Shown: positions 1 to 11,816, counted from the stretch's first letter. The stretch is DNA of 64,000 nt from Cyanobacteriota bacterium (GCA_046052125.1 JBJOMY010000005.1:128001-192000); one strand, 5' to 3'. Notes: generated by a model from the letters alone, not told the origin. Made by a program: numbers and translations.

Positions 1-22
1 CCAGGTGATCTGATCCAACCGG

Positions 23-1189
23 ATGCGCGAGCTCTGCCCCGCCCTCGCCAACAAGACCTATTTCAACTACGGCGGCCAGGGGCCGCTGCCCGCGCCAGCG
101 CTTGAAGCAATCACGGCGAGCTGGCAGCAGATCCAAGAGCTGGGCCCCTTCACAACCGATGTGTGGCCGTTCATCGAGCAGGAAACGGCTCGGGTGCGTA
201 GCCAGCTAGCGGCACTCTGTGGGGTTGGCCCCCATCGCCTGGCCCTCACCGAAAACGTGACCAGCGGCTGCGTGCTCCCCCTGTGGGGCCTGCCATGGCA
301 ACCCGGTGACGAGCTGCTGATCAGCGACTGCGAACACCCTGGCGTTGTGGCCGCCTGCCAGGAACTGGCACGGCGAGAAGGTCTGAACATCAGCACCCTG
401 CCGGTGTTGGAGCTCTGTTGCGCCACCCCCCAGGCCGAGCTCGATGCGGCAGTACTGGATGCCCTCGAGCAACGCCTAACGCCCCGCACCCGACTGGTGG
501 CGCTTTCCCACCTGCTCTGGAACAGCGGCAGTGTGATGCCCATCCCTGCCGTAACGGAGCGCCTGCGGCAGCACCCCCTTCAACCGTGGCTGCTGGTGGA
601 TGCGGCCCAATCCATGGGCAGCCTGCCGGTGCAGGAGGCCGCTACCGCGGCCGACATCTACGCCTTTACCGGCCACAAGTGGTGCTGCGGCCCCGAGGGG
701 CTCGGGGGTGTTGCACTTTCCGAACGGCTGCTAGAGCAGGCCCAGCCCACCCTGATCGGCTGGCGCAGCCTGCGGCATGAGGCTTCGGCCGGCAGCAGCT
801 TCCACAGCGATGCCCGCCGCTTTGAAGTGGCCACCTCCTGTGTGCCGCTTTGCAGCGGCCTGGCCACATCCCTTGAGCGACTAGCCGCCGAAGGTTCGCC
901 CGAGCAACGACTGCAGCAGATCCAGAAGGGCAGCCTGCAGCTCTGGCAGGGTCTGCAATCCATCGGCTCCGCTCGCACCTTGCTGCGCGAACCGCCACCA
1001 GCCGGTCTGGTGAGCTTCCACCTGGAGGGCCGCGCCACAGCCAGCGTGGTTCAGGAACTCGGTGCTCAGGGGATCTGGATCAGGCGTTTGGATGAGCCGG
1101 ACTGCCTACGGGCCTGCACCCACATCACCACCACAGCCAACGAGATCGAGACCCTGCTCACGGCGCTGCAACGACTGGCCGCTGGCTAA
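23..1189 (+). CDS. Class V PLP aminotransferase (cystine/cysteine lyase-like)
   Basis: [10 protein letters not shown]-terminus, VDAAQS and FTGHKW (PLP lysine) motifs. Confidence 0.85.
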   Translation: MRELCPALANKTYFNYGGQGPLPAPALEAITASWQQIQELGPFTTDVWPFIEQETARVRSQLAALCGVGPHRLALTENVTSGCVLPLWGLPWQPGDELLISDCEHPGVVAACQELARREGLNISTLPVLELCCATPQAELDAAVLDALEQRLTPRTRLVALSHLLWNSGSVMPIPAVTERLRQHPLQPWLLVDAAQSMGSLPVQEAATAADIYAFTGHKWCCGPEGLGGVALSERLLEQAQPTLIGWRSLRHEASAGSSFHSDARRFEVATSCVPLCSGLATSLERLAAEGSPEQRLQQIQKGSLQLWQGLQSIGSARTLLREPPPAGLVSFHLEGRATASVVQELGAQGIWIRRLDEPDCLRACTHITTTANEIETLLTALQRLAAG

Positions 1190-2706
1190 CAGGGACGCTC
1201 CCGCAGGGCCTTTTCCGCCTCCTCGCGGTCATCGAAGTGAACCTTGGTGGTGCCAAGGATCTGATAGTCCTCGTGGCCCTTGCCAGCGATCAACACCAGA
1301 TCGTGACCACCAGCGGAGGCGATGGCAGAGGCGATCGCCTTGGCGCGATCCCCTTCCACCTGCAAGGCCGTGCCCTCAGGGATTCCAGCGATCACATCTC
1401 GGAGGATCTGCTGCGGGTCCTCCGTGCGCGGGTTATCGGAAGTGACCACCACCTGATCGGCGAGGCGGGCCGCGATCGCCCCCATCTGCGGCCGCTTGGT
1501 GCGATCGCGATCACCGCCGCAACCAAACACGCAGATCAACTGGCCGCTCGCGAACGGCCGGCAGGCCTTCAGCGCGCTTTCGAGGCCATCGGGAGTGTGG
1601 GCGTAATCCACCAGCACCGCCGGCAGGCTGCCCTCGCAACACTCCACCCGGCCCACCGCAACCCGCTCCATCCGCCCAGGAACCCCACGGAAGCTCGACA
1701 AGCCCGTGAGCAGATTGGCCAAAGGCAGGCCCTGCTGGAGCAGAGAGCCCACGGCCTGCAGCTGATTCATCAGGTTGAAGCGCCCGAGCAGGGGCGAGCT
1801 GAATGCCCCAGTGCCCATCGGGCTCACGAGCACGCCCGTCACGCCATCAGAGCTGAACCGCAACTGCTCCATGCGCAACTCCGCAGTGCTGCCCTCCTCG
1901 AGCGAGCAGCGCCAGCAGTGGCCGCCCAAACGCTCCGCCAGCTGCTGCCCCCAGGGGTCGTCCACGTTCACCACCGCCGTGGCCTGAGCGGGCTTGAGCT
2001 CCAGAAACGCTGCACTGAACAGCGATGCCTTGGCCTCGAAATAGGCCTGCATCGAAGGGTGGTAGTCGAGATGGTCCTGGGTGAGGTTGGTGAACACCGC
2101 TCCCGCATAGCGGCAGCCGCTCACCCGCTGCTGATCGAGCGCATGGGAGCTCACCTCCATCGCCCCCACCTGAGCACCAGCCTCCACCGCCTGGGCGAGT
2201 TGCCCCTGCAGCACATCAGCAAAGGCGGTGGTGTGCTGAGCCGTCACGCTGTGGCCCGGCCAGCGATTCACCAGCGTTCCAAACAGAGCCGAAGGCATGC
2301 CGCTGCTGGCGGCAAGGTGCTCGATCAGATGGGTGGTGGTGGTTTTGCCGTTGGTGCCGGTCACACCGATCAGATGCAGGCGCCGGCTGGGCTGCTGCCA
2401 AAACTCAGCCGCCAGCAAGCCGCCCCAACGGGCCACCGGATCCGCCACCACCAGCACCGGGTCGTGATCGGAAGGTGGGCACGCCTCGGCCGCAGCCGGA
2501 CCAATCACCGCCAACACCGCGCCGGCCTGCAGGGCTTCCGGCCAGAAGCTGCCGCCATCCACCTTTTCCCCGGGTAAGCCCACAAACAGCGTGCCTGGGC
2601 CCACCCGACGCGAATCACAGCTCACGCTGTTCACCTCTGCATTCACCAGGCCGGGGGGCACCGCCAATCCGACCTGTCGCAGCAGGGGGTGGAGGCGTTC
2701 AGACAT
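1186..2706 (-). CDS. murE: UDP-N-acetylmuramoyl-tripeptide synthetase
   Basis: [40 protein letters not shown] motifs. Confidence 0.97.
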   Translation of the reverse strand: MSERLHPLLRQVGLAVPPGLVNAEVNSVSCDSRRVGPGTLFVGLPGEKVDGGSFWPEALQAGAVLAVIGPAAAEACPPSDHDPVLVVADPVARWGGLLAAEFWQQPSRRLHLIGVTGTNGKTTTTHLIEHLAASSGMPSALFGTLVNRWPGHSVTAQHTTAFADVLQGQLAQAVEAGAQVGAMEVSSHALDQQRVSGCRYAGAVFTNLTQDHLDYHPSMQAYFEAKASLFSAAFLELKPAQATAVVNVDDPWGQQLAERLGGHCWRCSLEEGSTAELRMEQLRFSSDGVTGVLVSPMGTGAFSSPLLGRFNLMNQLQAVGSLLQQGLPLANLLTGLSSFRGVPGRMERVAVGRVECCEGSLPAVLVDYAHTPDGLESALKACRPFASGQLICVFGCGGDRDRTKRPQMGAIAARLADQVVVTSDNPRTEDPQQILRDVIAGIPEGTALQVEGDRAKAIASAIASAGGHDLVLIAGKGHEDYQILGTTKVHFDDREEAEKALRERPC

Positions 2707-2798
2707 GGCAGCGAAGCTGATGCGCCCGTTTTAAACGGATTGAGCGGCTGCAACGTCGTCCTGGCGACCAGTCTTGTGAGCCTCAGCCAAGACAGCTC

Positions 2799-3053
2799 TC
2801 AGAGGCAGCCCTGGCTCTGCAGCCAAGCCAGCAACTGCTGGGGAGGCAGCCGGGGGGAAACCCGTGGCAGCACCTGCTGGCTCAAGCCCTCACGCCGCAG
2901 CAGCACGGGCACATCCAAATCGAAACGAGCCAGCAGCTGCGGGTCTGCATCCACGTCGAGCCGCTCAAAGGGAACAGCCAGGGCTTTGAGCTTTTCCTCG
3001 AGGCCCTCGCAGAGGCAGCACCCCTGCCGGGTGATCAACACCAGATCCGCCAT
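2799..3053 (-). CDS. Glutaredoxin-like protein (DUF836-type)
   Basis: ITRQGCCLCEGL CxxC motif and VPVL cis-Pro motif; ATG at 3053 overlaps the yidD stop. Confidence 0.8.
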   Translation of the reverse strand: MADLVLITRQGCCLCEGLEEKLKALAVPFERLDVDADPQLLARFDLDVPVLLRREGLSQQVLPRVSPRLPPQQLLAWLQSQGCL

Positions 3054-3280
3054 CAATCGGGCACCGGGTCGCAGCCGCAGGGGGTGAAGGGATGGCAACG
3101 CAGCAGCCTGCGCAGCGTGAGCCAGCTGCCGCGCCAGGGGCCGTGGCGTTCAATCGCCTCAAGGCCATAGGCGCTGCAACTGGGGATGAAGCGGCAGCGG
3201 GGCGGCCCCAGCAGCGGCGAGATGAACTGCCGGTAAAAGCCGATCAGAGCCATCAGCAACCGTTGCAGCAGCAGGTTCAT
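3053..3280 (-). CDS. yidD: Membrane protein insertion efficiency factor
   Basis: [10 protein letters not shown]...RCHPF...GCDPVP signature; start taken at ATG 3280. Confidence 0.93.
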   Translation of the reverse strand: MNLLLQRLLMALIGFYRQFISPLLGPPRCRFIPSCSAYGLEAIERHGPWRGSWLTLRRLLRCHPFTPCGCDPVPD

Positions 3281-3438
3281 GAACAGCAGAAGGTGGGGCC
3301 TGGGCCGAGAGATAGGATCGCCAACTGGCGTGGCATCAGCCCGCTGGCTGAGCTGCTTCCTTCGCGAGATTCTCGCAAGGCCGCTCACCGGCATCCGGCT
3401 CGCCGCCTCGCCCGACTGCCCAACCATCACGGTTTTCT

Positions 3439-4047
3439 ATGTCTCGCTACCGCGGCCCTCGTCTGAGGATTACGCGGCGCTTGGGAGACCTTCCCGGTCT
3501 CACCCGTAAGTCCGCTAAGCGGTCTTATCCCCCCGGTCAGCACGGCCAAGCCCGTCGCAAGCGCTCCGAATACGCCATCCGCCTCGAAGAGAAGCAGAAG
3601 CTTCGCTTCAACTACGGCATCTCCGAGCGTCAGCTCGTGCGCTACGTGAAGAAAGCGCGCGCCCAGGAGGGTTCCACCGGAACCAACCTGCTGAAGCTGC
3701 TCGAGAACCGTCTCGACAATGTGTGCTTCCGCCTCGGCTTCGGCCCCACCGTTCCCGGTGCCCGTCAGCTGGTGAACCATGGCCACGTGACCGTGAACGG
3801 CCGCGTCGTGGACATCCCCAGCTACCAGTGCAAGGCCGGTGATGTGGTCGCCATCCGCGAGCGCAAGCAGAGCAAGAAGCTGGCTGAAGGCAACCTGGAA
3901 TTCCCCGGTCTGGCCAACATCCCGCCTCACCTCGAGCTCGACAAGAACAAGCTGGTCGCCAAGGTGATCAGCAAGTGCGAGCGCGAGTGGGTCGCCCTCG
4001 AAATCAACGAACTGCTGGTGGTCGAGTTTTACTCCCGCAAGGTGTGA
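3439..4047 (+). CDS. rpsD: 30S ribosomal protein S4
   Basis: [33 protein letters not shown]. Confidence 0.99.
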   Translation: MSRYRGPRLRITRRLGDLPGLTRKSAKRSYPPGQHGQARRKRSEYAIRLEEKQKLRFNYGISERQLVRYVKKARAQEGSTGTNLLKLLENRLDNVCFRLGFGPTVPGARQLVNHGHVTVNGRVVDIPSYQCKAGDVVAIRERKQSKKLAEGNLEFPGLANIPPHLELDKNKLVAKVISKCEREWVALEINELLVVEFYSRKV

Positions 4048-4096
4048 TCGAACGGCTGCTGGTTTCAGCAGCCCCGATCAACCGAATCAGTTCAGC

Positions 4097-4124
4097 AAGC
4101 CCGGCCAACCAGCCGGGCTTTTTT
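4097..4124 (+). terminator. Intrinsic terminator after rpsD
   Basis: AAGCCCGGC-caacca-GCCGGGCTT followed by a T run. Confidence 0.85.
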
Positions 4125-4155
4125 CATGGACTGCTGCTGATGCAGCGATCGCTGC

Positions 4156-5040
4156 TCAGCCGTTGATGAGCGTCTCGAGGGCATCAGTCACATCCGGCTG
4201 GCGCATCAGTGATTCGCCCACGAGCACCGCATCGGCGCCAGCGCTCTGTACGCGGTCGAGGTCGTCGCGCGTGAACAGCCCGGATTCGCTCACCAGCAGA
4301 CACCCCTTGGCGCGGATCTGCTCGCCGTAGCGCTCCGTGAGGGCTTCGGTGGTGGCCAGATCTGTGTGGAAGGTGGCGAGATCGCGGTTGTTGATGCCGA
4401 TCAACTGCACGCCATCGAGGGTCAAGACACGCTCGAGCTCGGCAGCGTCATGCACCTCCACCAGCACGGTGAGGCCCAGGGCCCGAGCCACCTTGAGGAG
4501 GTAGGCCATGTCCGCATCGCTGAGGATGGCGGCAATCAGCAGCGCAGCATCGGCGCCAGCCGCCCGGGCCTGATACAGCTGATAGGGGCTCAGGATGAAG
4601 TCTTTGCAAAGCAGCGGCAGATCCACCACCTGGCGCACCTGCACCAGGACCTCGAAGCCGCCCTGGAAAAACTGTTTATCCGTGAGCACCGAGAGGCAGC
4701 TCGCCCCGCCGGCTGCGTAGCCGCGGGCAATCGCCTCAGGATCGAAATCCTCGCGGATCACCCCTTTGCTGGGGCTGGCTTTCTTCACCTCAGCGATCAC
4801 CGCCGGTTTGCGGCAGGCCGCTTTGAGTGCCGCAAGAAAATCGCGAGGGGCCGGGAGCTCAGCCACCTGCTTCTTGAGCTGATCGAGGCTGACGCGCTCG
4901 CGGGCGACGGTCACCTCACGATCCTTCTCCCACACGATCTTCTCGAGGATGTTGCGCGGTTCGCTCTCCTCGTGGGGAATGGCGTATTCGAGGTGCGCCA
5001 CCTTCACCTTGGGGTTGGGCGGCCGGCGACGGATCTCCAT
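4156..5040 (-). CDS. trpC: Indole-3-glycerol phosphate synthase
   Basis: [33 protein letters not shown]; cyanobacterial [10 protein letters not shown] start. Confidence 0.97.
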   Translation of the reverse strand: MEIRRRPPNPKVKVAHLEYAIPHEESEPRNILEKIVWEKDREVTVARERVSLDQLKKQVAELPAPRDFLAALKAACRKPAVIAEVKKASPSKGVIREDFDPEAIARGYAAGGASCLSVLTDKQFFQGGFEVLVQVRQVVDLPLLCKDFILSPYQLYQARAAGADAALLIAAILSDADMAYLLKVARALGLTVLVEVHDAAELERVLTLDGVQLIGINNRDLATFHTDLATTEALTERYGEQIRAKGCLLVSESGLFTRDDLDRVQSAGADAVLVGESLMRQPDVTDALETLING

Positions 5041-5044
5041 GGAT

Positions 5045-6487
5045 TCAGGCTCCCACGGCCATGGCGGCCTGCTTGTACGCCACTTCCACCACTTCGCTGA
5101 GGGTGGGGTGGGTGTGCACCTCATTGGCCAGTTGCTTCACGCTCTGGCGGCGGGCCACGGCGTTCGCGATCTCCTGAATCAGATCCGCCGCGTGCAGGCC
5201 ATAGATATGGGCCCCGAGCACCTCACCGGTGCTCTTGTTGAACAGCAGCTTCATCAGGCCATCGCTCTCGAGCTCGGCCAGGGCCTTGGAGTTGGCCTTG
5301 AAGTAGCTGCGCACACTGCCCAGTTCAAAGCCATCTTTGGCGGCCAGCTCCTTGGCATCGGCTTCACTCAGGCCCACCGAGCTGATCTCGGGGTGGGTGA
5401 AGGTGGCGGCCGGAATCGAGCGGTAATCGATGGAGCGGGGGTGACCCAGGATGTTGTCCACCGCCACGGTGCCCTGGGCAGCAGCGGTGTGGGCCAGCAT
5501 CATCTTTCCGGTTACGTCGCCCACAGCCCAGAGGTGGGGCACGGGAGCGCCGTTCACCAGCACCCGCAGCTGGTCGTCCACGGGGATGAAGCCGCGGTTG
5601 GTTTCGATGCCACAGGCCTCGAGGTTGAGGCCCTTGCTGCTGGGCACGCGGCCGGTGGCCACCAGCACCGCATCCACCTCGAGGGTTTCCACCGGCTCGC
5701 GGGTCTGCATGTCCACCAGTTCGATCTGAACGGGGGCACCAGGCTTGATCGATTTCGCCAGCACGCCGGAGCGGGCATCAATGTCGCGGCCGTCGATCAG
5801 GTTGCGGGCGGCGATCTTGGCGATATCGGGATCGAAGGTGGGCATCACCCGATCGAGGGCCTCGATCATCGTCACTTCACAGCCGAGGGCTGTGTACACA
5901 TCAGCGAACTCCAGGCCGATGTAGCCGCTGCCGATGATCGCCATCCAACGGGGCAGCCACTCCAGGCTCACGGCCTCATCGCTGGTGAACACGGTGCGGC
6001 CGTCGGTTTCGATGCCGGGCGGCACAAAGGGATCGGAACCGGTGGCGATGATCACGTCGCGGCCGGTGAGCACGCGATCCACACCATTGATCTCGCGCAC
6101 GCCCACCTTTTGGGGGCCTTCCAGGCGACCGGTGCCCCGGATGATCGTGACGCCGGCGCGCTCGAGGGTTTTGGTGAGGTTGCCGCGGATCGTGGCCACC
6201 AGCTGATTGGCGTGATCGGCGATCTTCTGGCGCTCGAAACGCACCGGCGCAGCATGGATGCCGAAGCCTTTGAGGTGTTCAGCATCGGCCAGCTCGCGCA
6301 CGCGGCCGCTGGCGGCCAGCAGAGCCTTGGAGGGCACGCAGCCGCGGTTCACGCAGGTGCCGCCCATATCGCGGCTTTCGATGATCGCGGTGCGTAGTCC
6401 GTGATCGGCAGCGTGCTTGGCGGCATCGAAGCCGCCGTAGCCGGCACCGATGACGATCACATCAAAATCGAAGCTGCCGTCGCTCAC
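5045..6487 (-). CDS. lpdA: Dihydrolipoamide dehydrogenase
   Basis: [30 protein letters not shown] start at 6487 inferred. Confidence 0.96.
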   Translation of the reverse strand: MSDGSFDFDVIVIGAGYGGFDAAKHAADHGLRTAIIESRDMGGTCVNRGCVPSKALLAASGRVRELADAEHLKGFGIHAAPVRFERQKIADHANQLVATIRGNLTKTLERAGVTIIRGTGRLEGPQKVGVREINGVDRVLTGRDVIIATGSDPFVPPGIETDGRTVFTSDEAVSLEWLPRWMAIIGSGYIGLEFADVYTALGCEVTMIEALDRVMPTFDPDIAKIAARNLIDGRDIDARSGVLAKSIKPGAPVQIELVDMQTREPVETLEVDAVLVATGRVPSSKGLNLEACGIETNRGFIPVDDQLRVLVNGAPVPHLWAVGDVTGKMMLAHTAAAQGTVAVDNILGHPRSIDYRSIPAATFTHPEISSVGLSEADAKELAAKDGFELGSVRSYFKANSKALAELESDGLMKLLFNKSTGEVLGAHIYGLHAADLIQEIANAVARRQSVKQLANEVHTHPTLSEVVEVAYKQAAMAVGA

Positions 6488-6522
6488 CGGATGCCTGCAC
6501 AGTTGGCGGGCATTCTCTCCTG

Positions 6523-7323
6523 TCAGGGCGCCGCGGTCGCGCTGCGCTGCTGCCGGCAACGCTCCAGCAGCAACGGGGCCGCTGCCACGGCCACATTCAG
6601 CGACTCCACCGCCGCGCTGTGGGGGATGGTGACGCGGTGCGTGGCCAGCTCCGCCAACTCCGGATGGAGACCAGCACCCTCATTGCCCATGAGCAGCACG
6701 GTGGGCTGGGTCCAGTCCAACTGCCAGTAGGGCTCGGCGCTGAGATCCACCACGGTGGCCACCACCTGCTGACCGGCTGAGCGGGCCCGCTGCAGCAGTG
6801 GCAGCAACGCCGAGCGATCGGGCTCGCGCAGCAGCGGCAGAGCCAAGGCAACACCGGCAGAAGCGCGCAGCACCTTGGGCTGGAGCGGATCAGCGCCGCC
6901 ACCGAGCCACACCTCGTCGACGCCGGCCGCCAGGGCGGTGCGCAACAGCGTGCCGAGATTGCCCGGATCCTGCAGCTGATCCAGCGCCAGCACGAACCGG
7001 CCCTGGCCCCGAGCTGCGGGCAATGCGTCGCGCGCCAGGGTCGCCACCACACCATCAGGGCTATCGGTGGTGGCCACCGCCGCCAACACCGCATCACCCA
7101 CCGGCTGGGGACGCCAAGCCGCTGCTGCGATCAGATCGCCGTGGCGCTCTAACCAGGCCTCTGTAGCGAGCAACTGCTCTGGCCTGTGGCCGAGGCGCAC
7201 CAACTCCTGGATCTGATGGGTTCCTTCAAGCAGCAACAGCCCCAGCTCGCGGCGCCCCTTGGGCTGATGCAAGCTGCGCAGCCGCGCCACCAGCGGATTG
7301 CGGCGGCTGGTGATCAGCTCCAT
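6523..7323 (-). CDS. TrmH/SpoU family RNA methyltransferase
   Basis: LQDPGNLGTLLRTA, MGNEGAG, ESLNVA. Confidence 0.92.
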   Translation of the reverse strand: MELITSRRNPLVARLRSLHQPKGRRELGLLLLEGTHQIQELVRLGHRPEQLLATEAWLERHGDLIAAAAWRPQPVGDAVLAAVATTDSPDGVVATLARDALPAARGQGRFVLALDQLQDPGNLGTLLRTALAAGVDEVWLGGGADPLQPKVLRASAGVALALPLLREPDRSALLPLLQRARSAGQQVVATVVDLSAEPYWQLDWTQPTVLLMGNEGAGLHPELAELATHRVTIPHSAAVESLNVAVAAAPLLLERCRQQRSATAAP

Positions 7324-7571
7324 CAGAAGGTCTTGTGCTGGCGGACATGCAAGCCATCGCCCACCACCAACGAGCTCTCCTGCAGATCCAGACCGCGCAC
7401 CGCGGCCACCTCACCCTTGAGCCCCTCGGCCGAGAGGTTCTTGATCAATTCCTTCATCAGCACGTCTTCGATCGTTTGCTGATCGAGTGCATCCGGCGTC
7501 AGCGCCCCGAGCAATCGACCCAATTTGGAGGTCACCACTTCACGGGCATTGGTGATCTTGAGGACGAGCAT
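7323..7571 (-). CDS. Small conserved hypothetical protein
   Basis: Host-like codon usage; stop overlaps the next start; MLVLKITNAREVV start. Confidence 0.7.
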   Translation of the reverse strand: MLVLKITNAREVVTSKLGRLLGALTPDALDQQTIEDVLMKELIKNLSAEGLKGEVAAVRGLDLQESSLVVGDGLHVRQHKTF

Positions 7572-7670
7572 GACGGGAGGGTGCAGCGTGAACGATGAAA
7601 GCAGCCGCAAGGGCGCTGCCGCCGTGCCCTAAACCCTGACAACGGAGCGGTTAATCAGCAACGAATCGGC

Positions 7671-7700
7671 AAAAAAAAGCCCCCCTGCAATGAGGGAGGC
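7671..7700 (-). terminator. Terminator downstream of tRNA-Leu(CAG)
   Basis: GC-rich stem followed by T8 on the minus strand. Confidence 0.75.
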
Positions 7701-7707
7701 ATTTCAG

Positions 7708-7791
7708 TGCGGATGGGGAGACTTGAACTCCCACGACATTGCTGCCACTAGTACCTGAAACTAGCGCGTCTACCAATTCCGCCACATCCGC
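7708..7791 (-). tRNA. trnL: tRNA-Leu(CAG)
   Basis: GCGGATG acceptor stem, anticodon arm CTAGT-TTCAGGT-ACTAG, long variable arm, GTTCAAGT T-loop. Confidence 0.97.
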
Positions 7792-7941
7792 TTGGGCTGG
7801 CGTTGCCGCGTTTGCGACCCCGGAAATGTACCCCATCAAGGGTGATCCCCAGACCGTCAAGCCAGTTCCGGCGCCGGACGTCTTGCCGGTCTCAGTACAG
7901 ATTGTCAGGATGAGGCCTCTAGAGGCGGGACGTCCGAAGCC

Positions 7942-9237
7942 ATGACCGTGACCGTTGCCCCGTCTCAGCAGATTCTCAACCCTCAGCTTGAGATTGCGGG
8001 CAACCGTCGCCTGGCCGGCGAGCTGCGGGTGAGTGGCGCCAAAAACTCAGCCCTGGTGCTGATGGCCGCCAGCCTGCTCACAGAAGATCAGTTGCGGCTC
8101 CGAAACGTACCGCCACTCACGGATATCCAGGGCATGGGCGAGATCCTCGCCTCCCTGGGCGTAACGGTGCGCCGCGGCAACGACAGCCTGGAGATGAACG
8201 GCTCTGGGCTGAATCAATCCGCTCCGCCCTACGAGCTGGTGAACAGCCTCAGGGCCAGCTTCTTCTGCATCGGCCCCCTGCTTGCTCGTCTCGGAATCGC
8301 GCGGGTTCCCCTGCCCGGCGGCTGCCAGATCGGTACCCGTCCGGTGGTGGAGCACGTGAAAGGCCTGAAGGCGCTTGGAGCTCAGGTCACCATCGACCAC
8401 GGTGTGGTGTCAGCGGTGGTACCCGGCCGCGGCCACCGGCTCAAGGGTGGCCGGATCCACCTGGATTGCCCCAGCGTTGGAGCCACGGAAACATTGATGA
8501 TGGCGGCCGCCCTGGCGGAGGGCGAAACGGTGATCGAGAACGCCGCCCTTGAACCCGAGGTGGTGGATCTCGCCGGGCTGTTGCTGGCCATGGGCGCCAG
8601 GGTGCGCGGAGCCGGCACCCCCACGATCACCATCGTTGGGGTCGAGCGTCTGCACGGGGCCGATTACGCCGTGATCCCCGACCGCATTGAGGCCGGCACC
8701 TTCCTGCTGGCCGCCGCCATCACCCGCTCCACCCTCACGGTGGGCCCCGTGATCCCCGATCACCTGAGGGCCGTGCTCACCAAGCTGGAGGAGGCGAGCT
8801 GCCGTCTCAACATCGATGGCACGAGCGTGACCATCAGCGCTGAAGAGATTCAGGCCGTTGACCTGCGCACCCAGCCCTTCCCCGGGTTCCCCACCGACCT
8901 CCAGGCACCGTTCATGAGCCTGCTGGCCACGGCCAAGGGCACCAGTGTGATCACCGAGAACATCTTCGAAAACCGCCTGCAGCACGTGGCTGAACTGCAG
9001 CGCATGGGCGCCGCCATCCGCGTGCAGGGCAGCACCGCCTTCATTGAGGGAGTGGCCCGCCTCAGCGGTGCTCCGGTGCAGGGCAGCGATCTGCGCGCCT
9101 CGGCGGCGATGGTGCTGGCCGGTTTGGCGGCGGAGGGCATCACCACCGTTCAGGGCCTGGAATACCTCGATCGCGGTTACGCCGATTTCGAGGGCAAGCT
9201 CAACCGCGTCGGCGCCTCGATCCGTCGCGTGGGCTGA
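7942..9237 (+). CDS. murA: UDP-N-acetylglucosamine 1-carboxyvinyltransferase
   Basis: [35 protein letters not shown]. Confidence 0.98.
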   Translation: MTVTVAPSQQILNPQLEIAGNRRLAGELRVSGAKNSALVLMAASLLTEDQLRLRNVPPLTDIQGMGEILASLGVTVRRGNDSLEMNGSGLNQSAPPYELVNSLRASFFCIGPLLARLGIARVPLPGGCQIGTRPVVEHVKGLKALGAQVTIDHGVVSAVVPGRGHRLKGGRIHLDCPSVGATETLMMAAALAEGETVIENAALEPEVVDLAGLLLAMGARVRGAGTPTITIVGVERLHGADYAVIPDRIEAGTFLLAAAITRSTLTVGPVIPDHLRAVLTKLEEASCRLNIDGTSVTISAEEIQAVDLRTQPFPGFPTDLQAPFMSLLATAKGTSVITENIFENRLQHVAELQRMGAAIRVQGSTAFIEGVARLSGAPVQGSDLRASAAMVLAGLAAEGITTVQGLEYLDRGYADFEGKLNRVGASIRRVG

Positions 9238-9263
9238 GGGCTGGCCCTTACAGTCAGCCACGC

Positions 9264-9345
9264 GGGAGCGTGCCGGAATTGGTAGACGGACTCGACTCAA
9301 AATCGAGCGCCTTCGGGCATGTGGGTTCAAGTCCCACCGCTCCTA
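9264..9345 (+). tRNA. trnL: tRNA-Leu(CAA)
   Basis: GGGAGCG/CGCTCCT acceptor stem, anticodon arm CTCGA-CTCAAAA-TCGAG. Confidence 0.97.
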
Positions 9346-9386
9346 TAACCCCGCCCCTTCGAACCACTCCCGCCCAATCGGCGGTG

Positions 9387-10598
9387 ATGAACACCTACGG
9401 GCGCTTCCCCCTCGAACTGGTGCGCGGCCGGGGCGTCTGGGTGTGGGACCACCAGGGTCGCCGCTACCTCGATGGGGTCGCCGGCATCGCGGTGTGCACC
9501 CTTGGGCACAGCAACCCGGTGATGCGACGGGCGCTCGCTCGGCAGCTGCGCAAACTGCAGCACGTTTCAAACCTCTATCGGATTCCTGAACAGGAGCAAC
9601 TGGCGGCCTGGATCACAGCCAACAGCTGTGCCGATGCCGTGTTCTTCTGCAATTCCGGCGCCGAAGCCAATGAAGGGGCGATCAAGCTGGCCCGCAAGCA
9701 CGGCCATCAGGTGCGCGGCATCAGCAGCGAGGGTGCTGGGCCTCTGATCCTCACCGCCCAGGCCAGCTTCCATGGCCGCACGCTTGCGGCGGTGACGGCC
9801 ACAGGCCAGCCCAAATACCACCAGGGCTTTGAGCCGATGGTGCAGGGATTCCGCTACTTCCCATACAACGACACCGCCGCCTTCGAGGCTCTGCTGGCCG
9901 AGTGCGAGAAGGACGGCCCCAGGGTGGCCGCGGTGATGCTCGAGCCGTTGCAGGGCGAAGGCGGCGTGAACCCCGGCAACCGCGCCTTCTTCCAGCGGGT
10001 GCGCGAGCTGTGCAGCCAGCACAACATCCTGCTGATCTTCGATGAGGTGCAGGTGGGCGTCGGCCGCACGGGCCGGCTCTGGGGCTACCAGAAACTGGGC
10101 GTGGAGCCCGATGCCTTCACCCTGGCCAAGGGCCTGGGCGGCGGCTTTCCTATTGGCGCCCTCTGTGTGAAAGCGGCGGTGGATCACCTGCGCCCTGGCG
10201 AACACGCCAGCACCTTCGGCGGCAATCCTCTGGCCTGCCGCGCGGGCCTCACGGTGGCCGAAGAGCTGGTGCGCCGCAAACTTCCAGCCCACGCCGAAGC
10301 GATGGGCCAACTGCTTCAGGAGCAACTCAGCGCCCTGGTGGCCCGCCACCCCACGCTCGCCGAAGGCTGCCGTGGCTGGGGATTGCTCCAGGGCCTGGTG
10401 CTCAGGGCCGACGGTCCCGCCGCCATCGATGTGGTGAAGGCAGCGATGGGTCAGGGCCTGCTGCTGGTGCCCGCCGGCACCAATGTGGTGCGCTTCGTGC
10501 CGCCGCTCACCATCCAGCCCCGCCACATCCGCGAAGCGGTGAAGCGGCTGGAGACAGCTCTGATCGCGTGTCAGCCGCAGACCCCTTCAGCGACCTGA
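9387..10598 (+). CDS. argD: Acetylornithine aminotransferase
   Basis: MNTYGRFP, FCNSGAEANE, SFHGRT, EPLQGEGG, DEVQ, LAKGLGGG. Confidence 0.93.
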   Translation: MNTYGRFPLELVRGRGVWVWDHQGRRYLDGVAGIAVCTLGHSNPVMRRALARQLRKLQHVSNLYRIPEQEQLAAWITANSCADAVFFCNSGAEANEGAIKLARKHGHQVRGISSEGAGPLILTAQASFHGRTLAAVTATGQPKYHQGFEPMVQGFRYFPYNDTAAFEALLAECEKDGPRVAAVMLEPLQGEGGVNPGNRAFFQRVRELCSQHNILLIFDEVQVGVGRTGRLWGYQKLGVEPDAFTLAKGLGGGFPIGALCVKAAVDHLRPGEHASTFGGNPLACRAGLTVAEELVRRKLPAHAEAMGQLLQEQLSALVARHPTLAEGCRGWGLLQGLVLRADGPAAIDVVKAAMGQGLLLVPAGTNVVRFVPPLTIQPRHIREAVKRLETALIACQPQTPSAT

Positions 10599-11797
10599 TC
10601 GCTCCCTTCAGCCGCCGGGGCGTTGACCTCGGCCTCGACAGGCTGGAAGCCGCTTTGGCGGATCTAGGGCATCCCGAGCGCCGCTTCGCTGCGGTGCAGG
10701 TGGCCGGCACCAATGGCAAGGGCTCGATCAGCACGATGATCCACGCCATCGCCACGGCAGCCGGCATTCGCTGTGGGCTCTACACCTCACCCCACCTGCT
10801 GAGTTGGTGTGAGCGAATCCGTCTGCCCGAGGGCCTGATCAGTACGGAGCATCTGCAACGACTGTTGCGCGACTTACAGCCGGTGGCTCTGCGCCACGAC
10901 CTCACCCCCTTCGAGCTGGTGACCGCCGCTGCCATGCAGGCGTTCGCCGAGGCCGAGGCCGAGCTCGTGGTGCTGGAGGTGGGACTGGGAGGCCGGCTCG
11001 ATGCCACCACGGTGCACCCCAGCCGCCAGGTGCTCGCTTTCGCCAGCATCGGCCGCGATCACACCGAACATCTGGGCCCCACCATCAGCGCCATCGCGGC
11101 CGAGAAGGCGGGAGTGCTGCATGGCGCAGCCATCGCAATCAGCGGTCCGCAAGTTGGCGAAGCGGCCCAGGTGCTGACAGAACAGGCCCAACGGATCGGT
11201 TGCTCACTGCGTTGGGTTGCTCCGTTGCCTGCTCTTGGGGAGGGCGGGCCGGAACTGGGCCTGCGGGGAGATTTGCAGAGGCTCAATGGGGCCGTAGCAA
11301 CGGGCGCAGCTGAAGCGCTTGGCGAGCTCGGCTGGCCGATCGATGCAGCAGCGATCGCGCAAGGACTGAGACAAGCCCGCTGGCCAGGGCGGCTCGACCA
11401 TCGGCTCTTTGAAGGCCAGCCGTTGCTGCTAGACGGCGCCCACAACCCACCGGCAGCAGCAGCACTCAGACAGGAGCTGGATCAGCTGGAGCGCCAGGCC
11501 GGCGGCACCACACCCCGGCGCTGGCTAATCGGGATGCAGCGCCATAAAGATGCGCCGGAGCTGCTGCGCACCCTGCTGCGGCCGGGAGATCAGGTGCGGG
11601 TGGTATCCCTTCCTGAGGAGCACAGCAGCTGGAGCGCGGCAGAGCTGCAGGCCGCCACGGGTCTTGCCATGGAGCAGGGTGAGGGCCACCTCTGCGACCA
11701 GCTGCACTGGTTGATGCAATCGACAGCGCTGCCTGTGGCCTGCGGCTCCCTTTATCTCGTGGCGGAGCTTCTTCCTCTGCTCAAGGCGACAGACTGA
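10568..11797 (+). CDS. folC: Dihydrofolate/folylpolyglutamate synthase
   Basis: VAGTNGKGS, YTSPHL, EVGLGGRLDAT, DGAHN, GSLYL. Confidence 0.95.
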   Translation: MSAADPFSDLIAPFSRRGVDLGLDRLEAALADLGHPERRFAAVQVAGTNGKGSISTMIHAIATAAGIRCGLYTSPHLLSWCERIRLPEGLISTEHLQRLLRDLQPVALRHDLTPFELVTAAAMQAFAEAEAELVVLEVGLGGRLDATTVHPSRQVLAFASIGRDHTEHLGPTISAIAAEKAGVLHGAAIAISGPQVGEAAQVLTEQAQRIGCSLRWVAPLPALGEGGPELGLRGDLQRLNGAVATGAAEALGELGWPIDAAAIAQGLRQARWPGRLDHRLFEGQPLLLDGAHNPPAAAALRQELDQLERQAGGTTPRRWLIGMQRHKDAPELLRTLLRPGDQVRVVSLPEEHSSWSAAELQAATGLAMEQGEGHLCDQLHWLMQSTALPVACGSLYLVAELLPLLKATD

Positions 11798-11816
11798 GCG
11801 CAGACGCCCGGGCCCC

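Noticed and set aside
9270..9386. N-terminal extension of the argD ORF
   Set aside because: It runs through tRNA-Leu(CAA); the real start must lie downstream of the tRNA.
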